This document shows, one piece after another, positions 55,966 to 64,000 of a stretch of 64,000 nucleotides of DNA. Origin of the DNA: a virus (taxonomy: Duplodnaviria; Caudoviricetes); the IMG/VR virus record IMGVR_UViG_3300030104_006170. The stretch is one strand, 5' to 3'. The position numbers and the translations under genes are program-made. The notes under the pieces were generated by a model. It was not told the origin of the DNA. It saw nothing but the letters and a program-made list of their open reading frames with translations, and did not search any database. How positions within the stretch are numbered: position 1 is the first letter of the stretch; every line of letters starts with the position of its first letter.

Positions 55966-56876
55966 TGTCAACAATCAGAGCTTTCATGTTTCACGATGTT
56001 AGGGATTTATCACAAACTGAGTACCCTAGCAGATATAATCTAAGGTCTTTTATAGATAAAAAGGAATTTAACCACCAACTAAACTTTATAAATAAAAATT
56101 ATAAAATAATAAGTAGTTTGGAGGTGCCTAATTTAAATTTAGATGATGGTAATATAAATTATGCTGTTTTAACTTTTGATGATGGGTTGGTCGACCATTT
56201 TTATGTTCACCAACAATTAAAAAAACTGAATATTAGTGGTACTTTTCTAATACCTACGGCTCCTGTTGTTGAACAAAAAATGATTCACAGTCACACAATA
56301 CAATTTATTTTAGCTGCGAGAGATGAAAAATTATTAACCAAAGAAATTTTATTAAACTTTGAGAACTCTTCTGACTTATGGATTAAGTATTCCCACACCA
56401 ACTGGGTAGACAATTGGTGGACTAAAGAGATGATATTTGTTACTAACTTTTTAAGACGGTACAAATCTCCGACTTTTAATAATTACCAGTATACGGAACA
56501 TCTTTTCCAAAAATACGTTTCTAAAGATATCCATTCTTTCGCTTCTAACTTTTATCTTAACCCAAACCAAATAGAAGAAATGAGTTACAATAATATGGTT
56601 ATAGGTGGACATGGTAATTCCTCAGACAATCTTTTACTGGTAGAAGATATCGAGGCTGATATAAATAGGTCACATTGGTTTGTTGAGCATTTTTCCGATG
56701 ATTTTGTTTTTTCTTACCCTAATGGTGGTTTTAATCAAGAAATAAAAAATACTTTAAAAAAGTATAAATGTAAGTTATCTTATACCGTAGTACCCCAAAC
56801 CCTAACTTCATTAGATAATATAGACGTTTTAGAGTTTCCTCGTTACGATTCTCCACAAAGAATACCATTAAAATGA
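55965..56876 (+). CDS. Polysaccharide deacetylase (CE4/NodB-like)
   Basis: LTFDDG, GTFLIP, IGGHG, FSYPNG, FPRYD. Confidence 0.85.
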   Translation: MSTIRAFMFHDVRDLSQTEYPSRYNLRSFIDKKEFNHQLNFINKNYKIISSLEVPNLNLDDGNINYAVLTFDDGLVDHFYVHQQLKKLNISGTFLIPTAPVVEQKMIHSHTIQFILAARDEKLLTKEILLNFENSSDLWIKYSHTNWVDNWWTKEMIFVTNFLRRYKSPTFNNYQYTEHLFQKYVSKDIHSFASNFYLNPNQIEEMSYNNMVIGGHGNSSDNLLLVEDIEADINRSHWFVEHFSDDFVFSYPNGGFNQEIKNTLKKYKCKLSYTVVPQTLTSLDNIDVLEFPRYDSPQRIPLK

Positions 56877-57511
56877 AAATAGTTTATTATGGATATCGTG
56901 AATGGTCTTTTAAAATATTTAATAAACTTAAAGTAACAGACAAATATTTAGTCACACATAAAGATTATAGTATTATAGACACAATTAAACCAGACTTGGT
57001 TTTTTTTGTTGGGTGGAGCGATATTATACCCCAAGAAATAATAGAAAATAATTTATGTGTTTGTTTACACCCATCACCCCTACCCAAATATAGAGGGGGT
57101 AGTCCTATACAAAACCAATTATTAAAAAATGAAAAAAATAGTATGGTTAGTTTATTTGTTATGGATAAGGGTATTGACACTGGGGACATCCTATTTCAAT
57201 CACCCATTAGTCTACTTGGTGAGTTAGATGATATTTTTAATGAAATAGTAAGAGAAGGAATCAAAGGTATTGACTTTATAGTGGACAATTTCCAAGAAAT
57301 TCCTACTTTTAGAAAAAAGCAAGATTTAGATTCTGGTACTTTTTTTAATAGATTGAAACCGACTGATAGTGAGTTAAAGGTTGAGGATTTTATTGAGTAC
57401 GGTCCAGAGTATTTTCATAACAAAATTAGAGGGTTATCTTCACCTTACCCTAACGCTTATATAAAGTGTAAAAATGGTGAAAAACTATACATATTAAAAA
57501 CAAGATATTAA
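56873..57511 (+). CDS. N10-formyl-THF-dependent formyltransferase (Fmt-like, probably acting on a sugar)
   Basis: FVGWS.II, LHPSPLPKYRGGSPIQNQ, IDTGDI, YPNAY. Confidence 0.88.
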   Translation: MKIVYYGYREWSFKIFNKLKVTDKYLVTHKDYSIIDTIKPDLVFFVGWSDIIPQEIIENNLCVCLHPSPLPKYRGGSPIQNQLLKNEKNSMVSLFVMDKGIDTGDILFQSPISLLGELDDIFNEIVREGIKGIDFIVDNFQEIPTFRKKQDLDSGTFFNRLKPTDSELKVEDFIEYGPEYFHNKIRGLSSPYPNAYIKCKNGEKLYILKTRY

Positions 57512-58437
57512 TGAGAAATGAAAAAATATTCATAACAGGTGGAGCGGGGTTTTTAGGTAGGAATCTCGTTAAAAGATTATATAAAGATAATGAAATAACA
57601 GTATATTCTAGAGACGAAGCTAAACATTATTACATGAAAAAAGATTATCCTTCTGTTAAGTTTGTTGTTGGGGATATAAGAAATAGAGATTTATTAATTA
57701 GAAAATCTAAAGGTCATACTGTTGGTATTTTTGCTGCGTCTTTAAAACAAATTGAGGCGTGTAATGACAATTACGAAGAGGCCGCTAAAACAATTGTAGA
57801 CGGAGCCTTTAACTCAAGACTAGCAGCTGAACAAAATAATTTTAAGTCTGCTTGTTTTATTTCCACAGATAAGAGTAGAGCTGCCACAACATTATATGGT
57901 GCAATGAAATATGTCGCTGGTGAAGGTTTTGTGGTGGGTGAGTCTAATTGTAAGTTAACTACAGCTATATATGGAAATGTTACAAACTCTACTGGTTCTA
58001 TAATACCATTAATTTGGAATTTCATTAATAAAAATGCAATATTGTCATTATACGGCACTGAAATGACCAGATTTTTACTAGATGTAGATGATGCTGTAGA
58101 TTTAATTATGAAGTCACCATCTTACGCTGGGTGTAATTTAATTCCTATAGCAAAATCATTTAAGGTTAAAGACTTATTTGATATTTATTCGGAAGAATTT
58201 GGTTTACAATATAAAGTTACAGAACCTCGTACTGGTGAAAAAATACATGAAATAATGGCATCCAATGAAGAGGTTAGGAGAATGGAATTAATAAAAAATG
58301 ATGGAATCTATTTATTACACCCACAAAAAGACATACACCAAATATCGTTTAAACATGGAGAATATTCCTCCAGAGACCACTGTCTTACTAAAAATGAATT
58401 ATATAATTATTTAAAATCTAAAAATTTTTACAAATAA
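57511..58437 (+). CDS. UDP-GlcNAc 4,6-dehydratase (PseB/FnlA/CapD family)
   Basis: ITGGAGFLG, YSRDEAKH, GDIRN, AASLKQIEAC, ISTDK, YGNVTNSTGSIIP, GEKIHE. Confidence 0.88.
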   Translation: MRNEKIFITGGAGFLGRNLVKRLYKDNEITVYSRDEAKHYYMKKDYPSVKFVVGDIRNRDLLIRKSKGHTVGIFAASLKQIEACNDNYEEAAKTIVDGAFNSRLAAEQNNFKSACFISTDKSRAATTLYGAMKYVAGEGFVVGESNCKLTTAIYGNVTNSTGSIIPLIWNFINKNAILSLYGTEMTRFLLDVDDAVDLIMKSPSYAGCNLIPIAKSFKVKDLFDIYSEEFGLQYKVTEPRTGEKIHEIMASNEEVRRMELIKNDGIYLLHPQKDIHQISFKHGEYSSRDHCLTKNELYNYLKSKNFYK

Positions 58438-59147
58438 TGAAAGTTTTAGTTTTAGGTCATAAAGGTATGTTGGGTCATATGGTATCAAAATACCTACGTG
58501 ATAATAAGGTAGAGGTTGTCACTAGTGATGTGAGATGGCCAGAATCCCCTTTTAAACGAGATATTAAATTAGATTATGTTATTAACTGCATTGGTGCTAT
58601 ACCCCAAAGAACCAAAACTTTTGATATAAATTGGCACCTTCCGATATGGTTAGACTTTAATTCTCCTTGTAGAGTTATTCATCCTGGTACTGATTGTGAA
58701 ATGGATGACGATGATTATGGTAAATCTAAAAAAACCGCTGCCGACTTTCTAAACTCAATTGGGACCCAAACTAAAATACTAAAGACTTCTATTATTGGTC
58801 CAGAACTAAACAGTAACTCTAGTTTATTGGAGTGGTTTTTATCACAAAATGAAGATGTTTTTGGTTATACTAAAGCTATGTGGAATGGGAATACCACACT
58901 AGAGTGGGCAAAACAATGTCTTGCCCTTATGACTGTTTGGGACGATTATCCAACGGAAACAATATTAGAAGGTCAATGTGTGAGTAAGTATGTATTGTTG
59001 GAGACTATTAATGGTGTTTTTGGGAAAGGGTTAACTATAAATCCTAAGGAGGATGGTAAGGATAAATGTCTTACAGGTAGAATTAAAACTGACAATATCA
59101 AAGAACAATTAGAAGAACTAAAAAAATATTATTATGATAACAACTAA
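58437..59147 (+). CDS. RmlD-like NDP-4-keto-6-deoxy sugar reductase
   Basis: LGHKGMLG, INCIG, YGKSK, TSIIGPE, WNGNTTLEWAK, SKYVLL. Confidence 0.85.
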   Translation: MKVLVLGHKGMLGHMVSKYLRDNKVEVVTSDVRWPESPFKRDIKLDYVINCIGAIPQRTKTFDINWHLPIWLDFNSPCRVIHPGTDCEMDDDDYGKSKKTAADFLNSIGTQTKILKTSIIGPELNSNSSLLEWFLSQNEDVFGYTKAMWNGNTTLEWAKQCLALMTVWDDYPTETILEGQCVSKYVLLETINGVFGKGLTINPKEDGKDKCLTGRIKTDNIKEQLEELKKYYYDNN

Positions 59148-60045
59148 TTTAACGGGTAATTTAGGAAATCACATGTGGCAATATGCTGTTTGTAGAACTA
59201 TAGCAGAAGAACTAGGGTATGAATGGGGTATTAACCCAACGCCTAGTCACGATTATTTTAACGGTGCAAATCAAATGGATTTTATGGATGTAGATTTTGG
59301 TATGGTGGTAAGTGGTATTGTTAACGAATATCATGAGCCTTGGAAAACCTACCACCATGTAGACGCTGTAAACATAACAATGTTAAACTCTAGTTTATAT
59401 GAAATAGATGATAATACCATTTTAATAGGAGATAATGGAGCGAAAGGTGGTATATATCAATCTGAAGAATATATTAAAGATAGGAAGGATGATATTTTAA
59501 AGTGGTTTAAGATAAAAGACAATAAAAAGAAAGAATACAATACTAAATTAAATGAACTAGGAGTTACCTTAGATGAAAATACTTGTATTATTAATTTTAG
59601 AGGTGGTGAATATAGAGGTATACCTAATGTTTTATTACGTAGAGAGTATTGGCGAGATTGTGTGAATTACATGTTAACTTTAAATCCAAATATGAATTTT
59701 GTGGTAGTTACTGATGACCCACCAACAGCCTCACAATTTATGCCTTTTCAAATGAAATGTATTCACATAGACGTAGGTTTTGATTATTATTGTGTTAACC
59801 AAGCTAAATGGTTAATCATATCCAACTCAACGTTTGGGTGGTGGGCTGCATGGTTAAATGAAACTTGTAACAAAATTATAGCTCCCAAATATTGGGCAAG
59901 ACATAATGTTAGTGATGGTTATTGGGCAACAGGTGACGCTTACACCTCATGTTTTAATTATATGGATAGAGAAGGTTCTGTATCTGATTTTGAAACTTGT
60001 AAATCTGAAGCATTAAATTATTATAAATTAAAAAATATTATTTAA
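59134..60045 (+). CDS. Glycosyltransferase family 11 (alpha-1,2-fucosyltransferase-like), divergent donor motif
   Basis: GNLGNHMWQYA, YQSEEY, NFRGGEY, ISNSTFGWWAAWL. Confidence 0.82.
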   Translation: MITTNLTGNLGNHMWQYAVCRTIAEELGYEWGINPTPSHDYFNGANQMDFMDVDFGMVVSGIVNEYHEPWKTYHHVDAVNITMLNSSLYEIDDNTILIGDNGAKGGIYQSEEYIKDRKDDILKWFKIKDNKKKEYNTKLNELGVTLDENTCIINFRGGEYRGIPNVLLRREYWRDCVNYMLTLNPNMNFVVVTDDPPTASQFMPFQMKCIHIDVGFDYYCVNQAKWLIISNSTFGWWAAWLNETCNKIIAPKYWARHNVSDGYWATGDAYTSCFNYMDREGSVSDFETCKSEALNYYKLKNII

Positions 60046-60909
60046 ATGGGAAAAATATATGATTGTTTTAATTTCTTTAATGAGTTAGACATTTTAGAAC
60101 TAAGATTAAATATTCTCTACGAACATGTAGATTATTTTGTAATTGTAGAATCTACAGTTACTCACTCTGGCCAACCTAAACCTTTTTACCTAGAAGAAAA
60201 TAAGGAACGTTTTTCTAAGTTTTGGGACAAGATTATTAGTTTTAAAGTATCTGACACACCTGAAGATTTTGTTAACCTTACTAACACAGGATTTTTCGAC
60301 GCTGAATTAGATAAGGTACACTACTATATCCGTACACAAACTAATAGGTTTGATAGGCGTACACAAGTAGATTATGGTAGAGATTTTTTTCAAAAAGAAT
60401 CGGTTAGAAGAGCTCTAGTAAATTGTAATGAAGATGATATAATTATTATATCAGATGCTGACGAAATACCAAACCCAGAAATACTTAAAGATTTAAAGTC
60501 TCTTTCTTTAGATAATACAATATATTCCCTCTCCCAACCAATGTATTCTTATTACTTAAATATGTTAAGTGATTCGGACTGGCACGGTTCAAAAATGGGT
60601 CTATATAAAAACGTAAAAGAATTATCTTTTAACGAAATTAGGGGTGATTCAAACCTAACAACTAAATTGACTAATGGTGGATGGCATTTTAGTTTTATGG
60701 GTGGTGAAGAAATGGTGAAAACAAAAATAACATCTTATTCGGCTAGGGATTTAGTCAATGACCAAGTCCTATCAAGTATTAAGAGTAATATAGAAAATGA
60801 CCAAGATGTTTTTTTTAGAGGTAAATTAACAAAAGTAAAATTAGACGAAAGTTTTCCAGAATACGTATTAAATAATATACCATATTATAGTAAAATGATT
60901 AAAGAGTAA
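60046..60909 (+). CDS. Glycosyltransferase family 17 (beta-1,4-GlcNAc transferase, MGAT3-like)
   Basis: YDCFNFFNELDILELRL, VDYFVIVES..THSG.PKP, SDADEIP, GGWHFSF. Confidence 0.87.
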   Translation: MGKIYDCFNFFNELDILELRLNILYEHVDYFVIVESTVTHSGQPKPFYLEENKERFSKFWDKIISFKVSDTPEDFVNLTNTGFFDAELDKVHYYIRTQTNRFDRRTQVDYGRDFFQKESVRRALVNCNEDDIIIISDADEIPNPEILKDLKSLSLDNTIYSLSQPMYSYYLNMLSDSDWHGSKMGLYKNVKELSFNEIRGDSNLTTKLTNGGWHFSFMGGEEMVKTKITSYSARDLVNDQVLSSIKSNIENDQDVFFRGKLTKVKLDESFPEYVLNNIPYYSKMIKE

Positions 60910-60913
60910 CTCT

Positions 60914-61690
60914 ATGATTATTAGTAAAATAATGGGTGGGCTAGGTAATCAAATGTTTCAGTATGCTTACGCAAGAAATTTATCTAATTTAAATAACACT
61001 AACTTTTATCTAGATACCTCGTTTTATAATAATCAAATTGGTGTGACCCCTAGAGTGTTTAGTTTAAATTCTTTCCCTAAAGCTTCTATAAATATAGAAA
61101 TTCCACAAGTAGAAAGTATCCAAGTCATTAATGACAACTTTAAATATGATTCCACCAAATTAATTAAGGGTACCTGTCTATTACAAGGTTATTGGCAAAG
61201 CGAAAAATACTTTAATGACTCTAAAAATTTAGTACTAGAGGACTTTTCTCCTGATGAAACCAATAGAAAAAAGTTACTTAAAAAATACCCTAAAGTAGGG
61301 GGTAATACAATATCTTTACATATTAGAAGAACAGATTATTTAACATCTAATGGTTATCATCCAGTACAAACTATTGATTATTACAATAAAGCTATAGATA
61401 TTTTAGGTACATATGAAAATATTTTTATATTTTCAGATGATATAGACTGGTGTAAAAATAATTTAAATTTCAAAAATATGGTTTTTGTTGAGGGTAATAA
61501 AGATATAGAAGATTTATGGTTAATGTCTTTATGTAGAAATAACATTATAGTTAATTCTTCTTTTAGTTGGTGGGGTGCTTATTTAAATAAGAATGTCGAT
61601 AAAATAGTTATTGCTCCATCTAAGTGGTTTGGTGATGGTGTTACCTTAAATACTGAGGACATACTACCAAAAAAATGGATTAAACTTTAA
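60914..61690 (+). CDS. Glycosyltransferase family 11 (alpha-1,2-fucosyltransferase)
   Basis: GGLGNQMFQYA, GYWQSEKYF, HIRRTDY, FSDDIDWC, NSSFSWWGAYL. Confidence 0.92.
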   Translation: MIISKIMGGLGNQMFQYAYARNLSNLNNTNFYLDTSFYNNQIGVTPRVFSLNSFPKASINIEIPQVESIQVINDNFKYDSTKLIKGTCLLQGYWQSEKYFNDSKNLVLEDFSPDETNRKKLLKKYPKVGGNTISLHIRRTDYLTSNGYHPVQTIDYYNKAIDILGTYENIFIFSDDIDWCKNNLNFKNMVFVEGNKDIEDLWLMSLCRNNIIVNSSFSWWGAYLNKNVDKIVIAPSKWFGDGVTLNTEDILPKKWIKL

Positions 61691-61694
61691 TAAT

Positions 61695-62678
61695 ATGGGT
61701 ACGAATAAAACAGCTTTAATAACAGGGATAAATGGTCAAGATGGTTCATATCTTGCTGAACTACTTTTAAAAAAAGGTTACAATGTTTGGGGTATATTAA
61801 AAAGAAATTCTGTTTCTGAGAACCAGACAGCTAGAATACCGGAAAACATATACCAAAAACTTAATTTAGTTTATGGTGATTTATTAGACATCCCATCTTT
61901 AATTAATGTATTACAGAAATCTAAACCAGATGAGGTATATAATTTGGCGGCACAATCACATGTGAGAATAAGTTTTGACCAACCAATTTACACAACCCAG
62001 GTCACAGGATTAGGTACTCTAAATTTATTAGAAGCTATAAGATTAACCAACCCCAACATTAAAATATATCAGGCTAGTTCTTCTGAAATGTTTGGCAATA
62101 ATATAGATAGTGATGGATACCAAAGAGAAACCACACCAATGGAACCGGTATCACCATATGGGTGTGCAAAAGTTTTTTCTTACAATATTTGTAAAAACTA
62201 TAGAAACTCATATAATATGTTTATTTCAAATGGGATTCTATTTAACCATGAATCACCAAGGAGAGGTACAAACTTTGTAACTAATAAAGTCGTTAAAGAA
62301 GCTGTAAAAATAAAATTAGGGTTATCTAATGAACTTAAATTAGGTAATATGAACGCCAGTAGAGATTGGGGACACGCTAAAGATTATGTAAAAGCGATGT
62401 GGTTAATGTTACAAGAAGACTCCCCGGCTGACTACGTATGTTCTACAGGGATTTCACATACGGTTAAAGATTTGGTAGAATATGTATTTGGTTCATTAGA
62501 ATTGGATTGGGAAAAATATGTGAGACAGGATAAAAAGTATTTACGACCTGAAGAATTAGAACATTTAAAAGGCGACTGTTCAAAAATAAAATCAGAGTTG
62601 GGTTGGTCACCTAACTATAATTTCGAATCTATGTTAGATGAGATGATTGAATATTGGTTAGAGTATTATGAAAAATGA
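61695..62678 (+). CDS. gmd: GDP-mannose 4,6-dehydratase
   Basis: GINGQDGSYLAE, NLAAQSHV, YQASSSEMFG, SPYGCAK, NHESPRRG.NFVT. Confidence 0.96.
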   Translation: MGTNKTALITGINGQDGSYLAELLLKKGYNVWGILKRNSVSENQTARIPENIYQKLNLVYGDLLDIPSLINVLQKSKPDEVYNLAAQSHVRISFDQPIYTTQVTGLGTLNLLEAIRLTNPNIKIYQASSSEMFGNNIDSDGYQRETTPMEPVSPYGCAKVFSYNICKNYRNSYNMFISNGILFNHESPRRGTNFVTNKVVKEAVKIKLGLSNELKLGNMNASRDWGHAKDYVKAMWLMLQEDSPADYVCSTGISHTVKDLVEYVFGSLELDWEKYVRQDKKYLRPEELEHLKGDCSKIKSELGWSPNYNFESMLDEMIEYWLEYYEK

Positions 62679-63618
62679 TATGGAAATAATGGATGTTGGT
62701 GAGGTACATGTGAAAAGACCTAATTTATTAGTTACTGGTGGTCATGGTTTGGTCGGTAGCCAAATTAGTTCTGGTATAAAAATAGGTAGTATTGTAGATT
62801 TAAGAAATTCACAGATTTGTGATGCTTTTTTTAATGACACAAAACCCATAAACGTTGTTCATTGTGCAGCTAAAGTAGGTGGTTTAGGTGGTAATATGAA
62901 TCTAAAGGGTGAGTTTTTTTACGACAATATCATGATAAATACAAATGTGATAGAATCCTGTAGAAAATATGGGGTAAAAAAATTAGTTTGTTTTTTATCA
63001 ACTTGTGTTTTTCCAGATAATGTAGAATACCCATTAACAGAAAAAAAGATACATCTAGGTGAACCCCATAACTCTAATTATCCGTATGCATATGCTAAAA
63101 GAATGGCAGATATACAAATTAGAGCATATAGAGAGCAATACGATTTAAATTATGTATCTGTAATACCAACTAATATATATGGACCAAACGATAACTTTAA
63201 CTTAGAAAATGGACATGTAATACCTTCATTAATCCACAAATGTTATTTAGCCAAAAAAAATAATACCCCTTTTAAAATATGGGGAAGTGGTAAACCACTT
63301 AGAGAATTTATATACTCAGAAGATGTTGCTAAGCTAACTGAATGGGTTTTAGAGAATTATAATGAAGAAGAACCAATTATATTATCTACGTCTGAAGAAA
63401 TATCTATTAGAGATGTTGTTAAATTAATAATTAAACATATGGACTTTAAAGGTGATGTCATATGGGAAGATGAGAAACCTGATGGACAATTTAGGAAACC
63501 TAGTGATAATAGTAAATTAATGTCTTATTTACCAGATTTTAAATTCACTAGTTTAGATGAAGGATTAAAAAAAACAGTTGATTGGTTTGTATCAAACTAT
63601 AAATTATGTAGAAAATAA
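62668..63618 (+). CDS. fcl: GDP-L-fucose synthase (Fcl/WcaG-like epimerase-reductase)
   Basis: TGGHGLVG, AAKVGG, FLSTCVFP, YAYAKR, PTNIYGPNDNF..ENGHVIP, WGSGKPLREF. Confidence 0.94.
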   Translation: MKNDMEIMDVGEVHVKRPNLLVTGGHGLVGSQISSGIKIGSIVDLRNSQICDAFFNDTKPINVVHCAAKVGGLGGNMNLKGEFFYDNIMINTNVIESCRKYGVKKLVCFLSTCVFPDNVEYPLTEKKIHLGEPHNSNYPYAYAKRMADIQIRAYREQYDLNYVSVIPTNIYGPNDNFNLENGHVIPSLIHKCYLAKKNNTPFKIWGSGKPLREFIYSEDVAKLTEWVLENYNEEEPIILSTSEEISIRDVVKLIIKHMDFKGDVIWEDEKPDGQFRKPSDNSKLMSYLPDFKFTSLDEGLKKTVDWFVSNYKLCRK

Positions 63619-63628
63619 ATAATTAAAA

Positions 63629-64000
63629 ATGGGAAGAAGAAGTAAAAAATTAAGTAGAGAGGAACAAATGGAGGTAGAAGAATGGATTTACCAAAATAAT
63701 ACCGAAGAAAAAAGACTTTCGGACACTATGACGATTAGTGTTAAGTGTAAAACAGAAAACCAAAAATCTCTGGTTAACGCTATAAAAGAAAAAGAGGTCA
63801 TAATTTGTTCTGGACCAGCTGGTACAGGTAAAACTTATTTAGCGTGTGCTGAAGCACTAAAACTAATCAAACGTTACGCTAAATATAAAAAAATTGTAAT
63901 TGTAAAATCTGTAACCACATTAAAGAATGAGGAAATTGGGTTTCTTAAAGGTGGTTTAAGAGAAAAAATGGAACCTTTTATGTTTTCATTTGTACATAAT
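63629..64000 (+). CDS. phoH: PhoH-family ATPase, truncated at window end
   Basis: Not in the ORF track. Manual translation: KCKTENQKSLVNAIKEKEVIICSGPAGTGKTYLACAEAL...EEIGFLKGGLREKMEPF. Confidence 0.9.
   Translation, partial: MGRRSKKLSREEQMEVEEWIYQNNTEEKRLSDTMTISVKCKTENQKSLVNAIKEKEVIICSGPAGTGKTYLACAEALKLIKRYAKYKKIVIVKSVTTLKNEEIGFLKGGLREKMEPFMFSFVHN

Noticed and set aside
1719-57189. Many short antisense or overlapping ORFs in the six-frame track (e.g. 1719..1955, 2298..2588, 4012..4371, 7515..7937, 21420..21878, 36950..37399, 45710..46255, 52007..52438)
   Set aside because: They lie opposite well-supported genes, have the Ser/Phe/Leu-rich composition of reverse-frame shadows, and show no motifs or expression signals.
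56873-57511. Methionyl-tRNA formyltransferase as a translation-related auxiliary gene
   Set aside because: It is about 100 aa shorter than Fmt, lacks most of the tRNA-binding C-terminal domain, and is coupled to sugar-pathway genes.
46408-63618. Host chromosomal O-antigen/capsule locus joined by mis-assembly or a prophage boundary
   Set aside because: AT-richness, gene packing and A-rich start contexts look like the phage genes; a dUTPase is inside and PhoH follows; wzx/wzy/wzz are absent. Read-level confirmation is still advisable.
1-64000. Stop-codon reassignment (TAG to Gln) as in Lak and some crAss-like phages
   Set aside because: Genes are full-length in the standard code, and TAG ends several ORFs exactly where the next gene starts (1285, 16651, 47646).
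1-64000. CRISPR array, tRNA/rRNA genes, reverse transcriptase or DGR, integrase or transposase
   Set aside because: Intergenic gaps are short and explained by promoters, terminators or small ORFs; no spaced repeats, tRNA arms or RT/integrase motifs seen by eye. A tRNA or covariance-model scan was not run.

Overview
A 64-kb, AT-rich, densely coding segment of a large lytic myovirus of the broad T4-like type, translated with the standard bacterial code. The host is probably in Bacteroidota: several TTTG-N20-TAnnTTTG-like promoters, no evident Shine-Dalgarno sites, a lipoprotein gene and a DUF4494-like gene point that way. Contents in order: baseplate wedge genes (1-1752); a replication/recombination block (class II RNR, DnaB-like helicase, 5'-3' exonuclease, SlyD-like PPIase, RecA/UvsX, gp32-like SSB; 2084-9199); a contractile-tail block (2108-aa hub with an M23 peptidase, LysM-type protein, tube-initiator-like protein, tape measure, gp26/gp51-like chaperones, tube, sheath, gp15/gp14/gp13-like neck; 10335-36706), interrupted by a two-gene lipoprotein cassette, an RHH regulator and an SNF2 helicase; family B DNA polymerase; Cys-rich fibre/baseplate proteins; a set of probable internal head proteins; a ~17-kb nucleotide-sugar and glycosyltransferase locus with no recognisable membrane components (46408-63618); and a truncated PhoH. 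Leading observations: (1) the soluble-enzyme glycosylation locus, together with Ser/Thr/Gly-rich and Cys-rich inserts in virion proteins, suggests a phage-encoded virion glycosylation system; (2) a UUU_CGU +1 frameshift signal may fuse the gp26-like and gp51-like tail chaperones; (3) a TATTTAT motif, the reverse complement of the T4 late promoter core, lies upstream of about 15 genes; (4) shared short motifs mark many probable encapsidated proteins, including a HAD phosphatase and a WYL-like protein. All family assignments come from recognising motifs by eye; no database searches were run.
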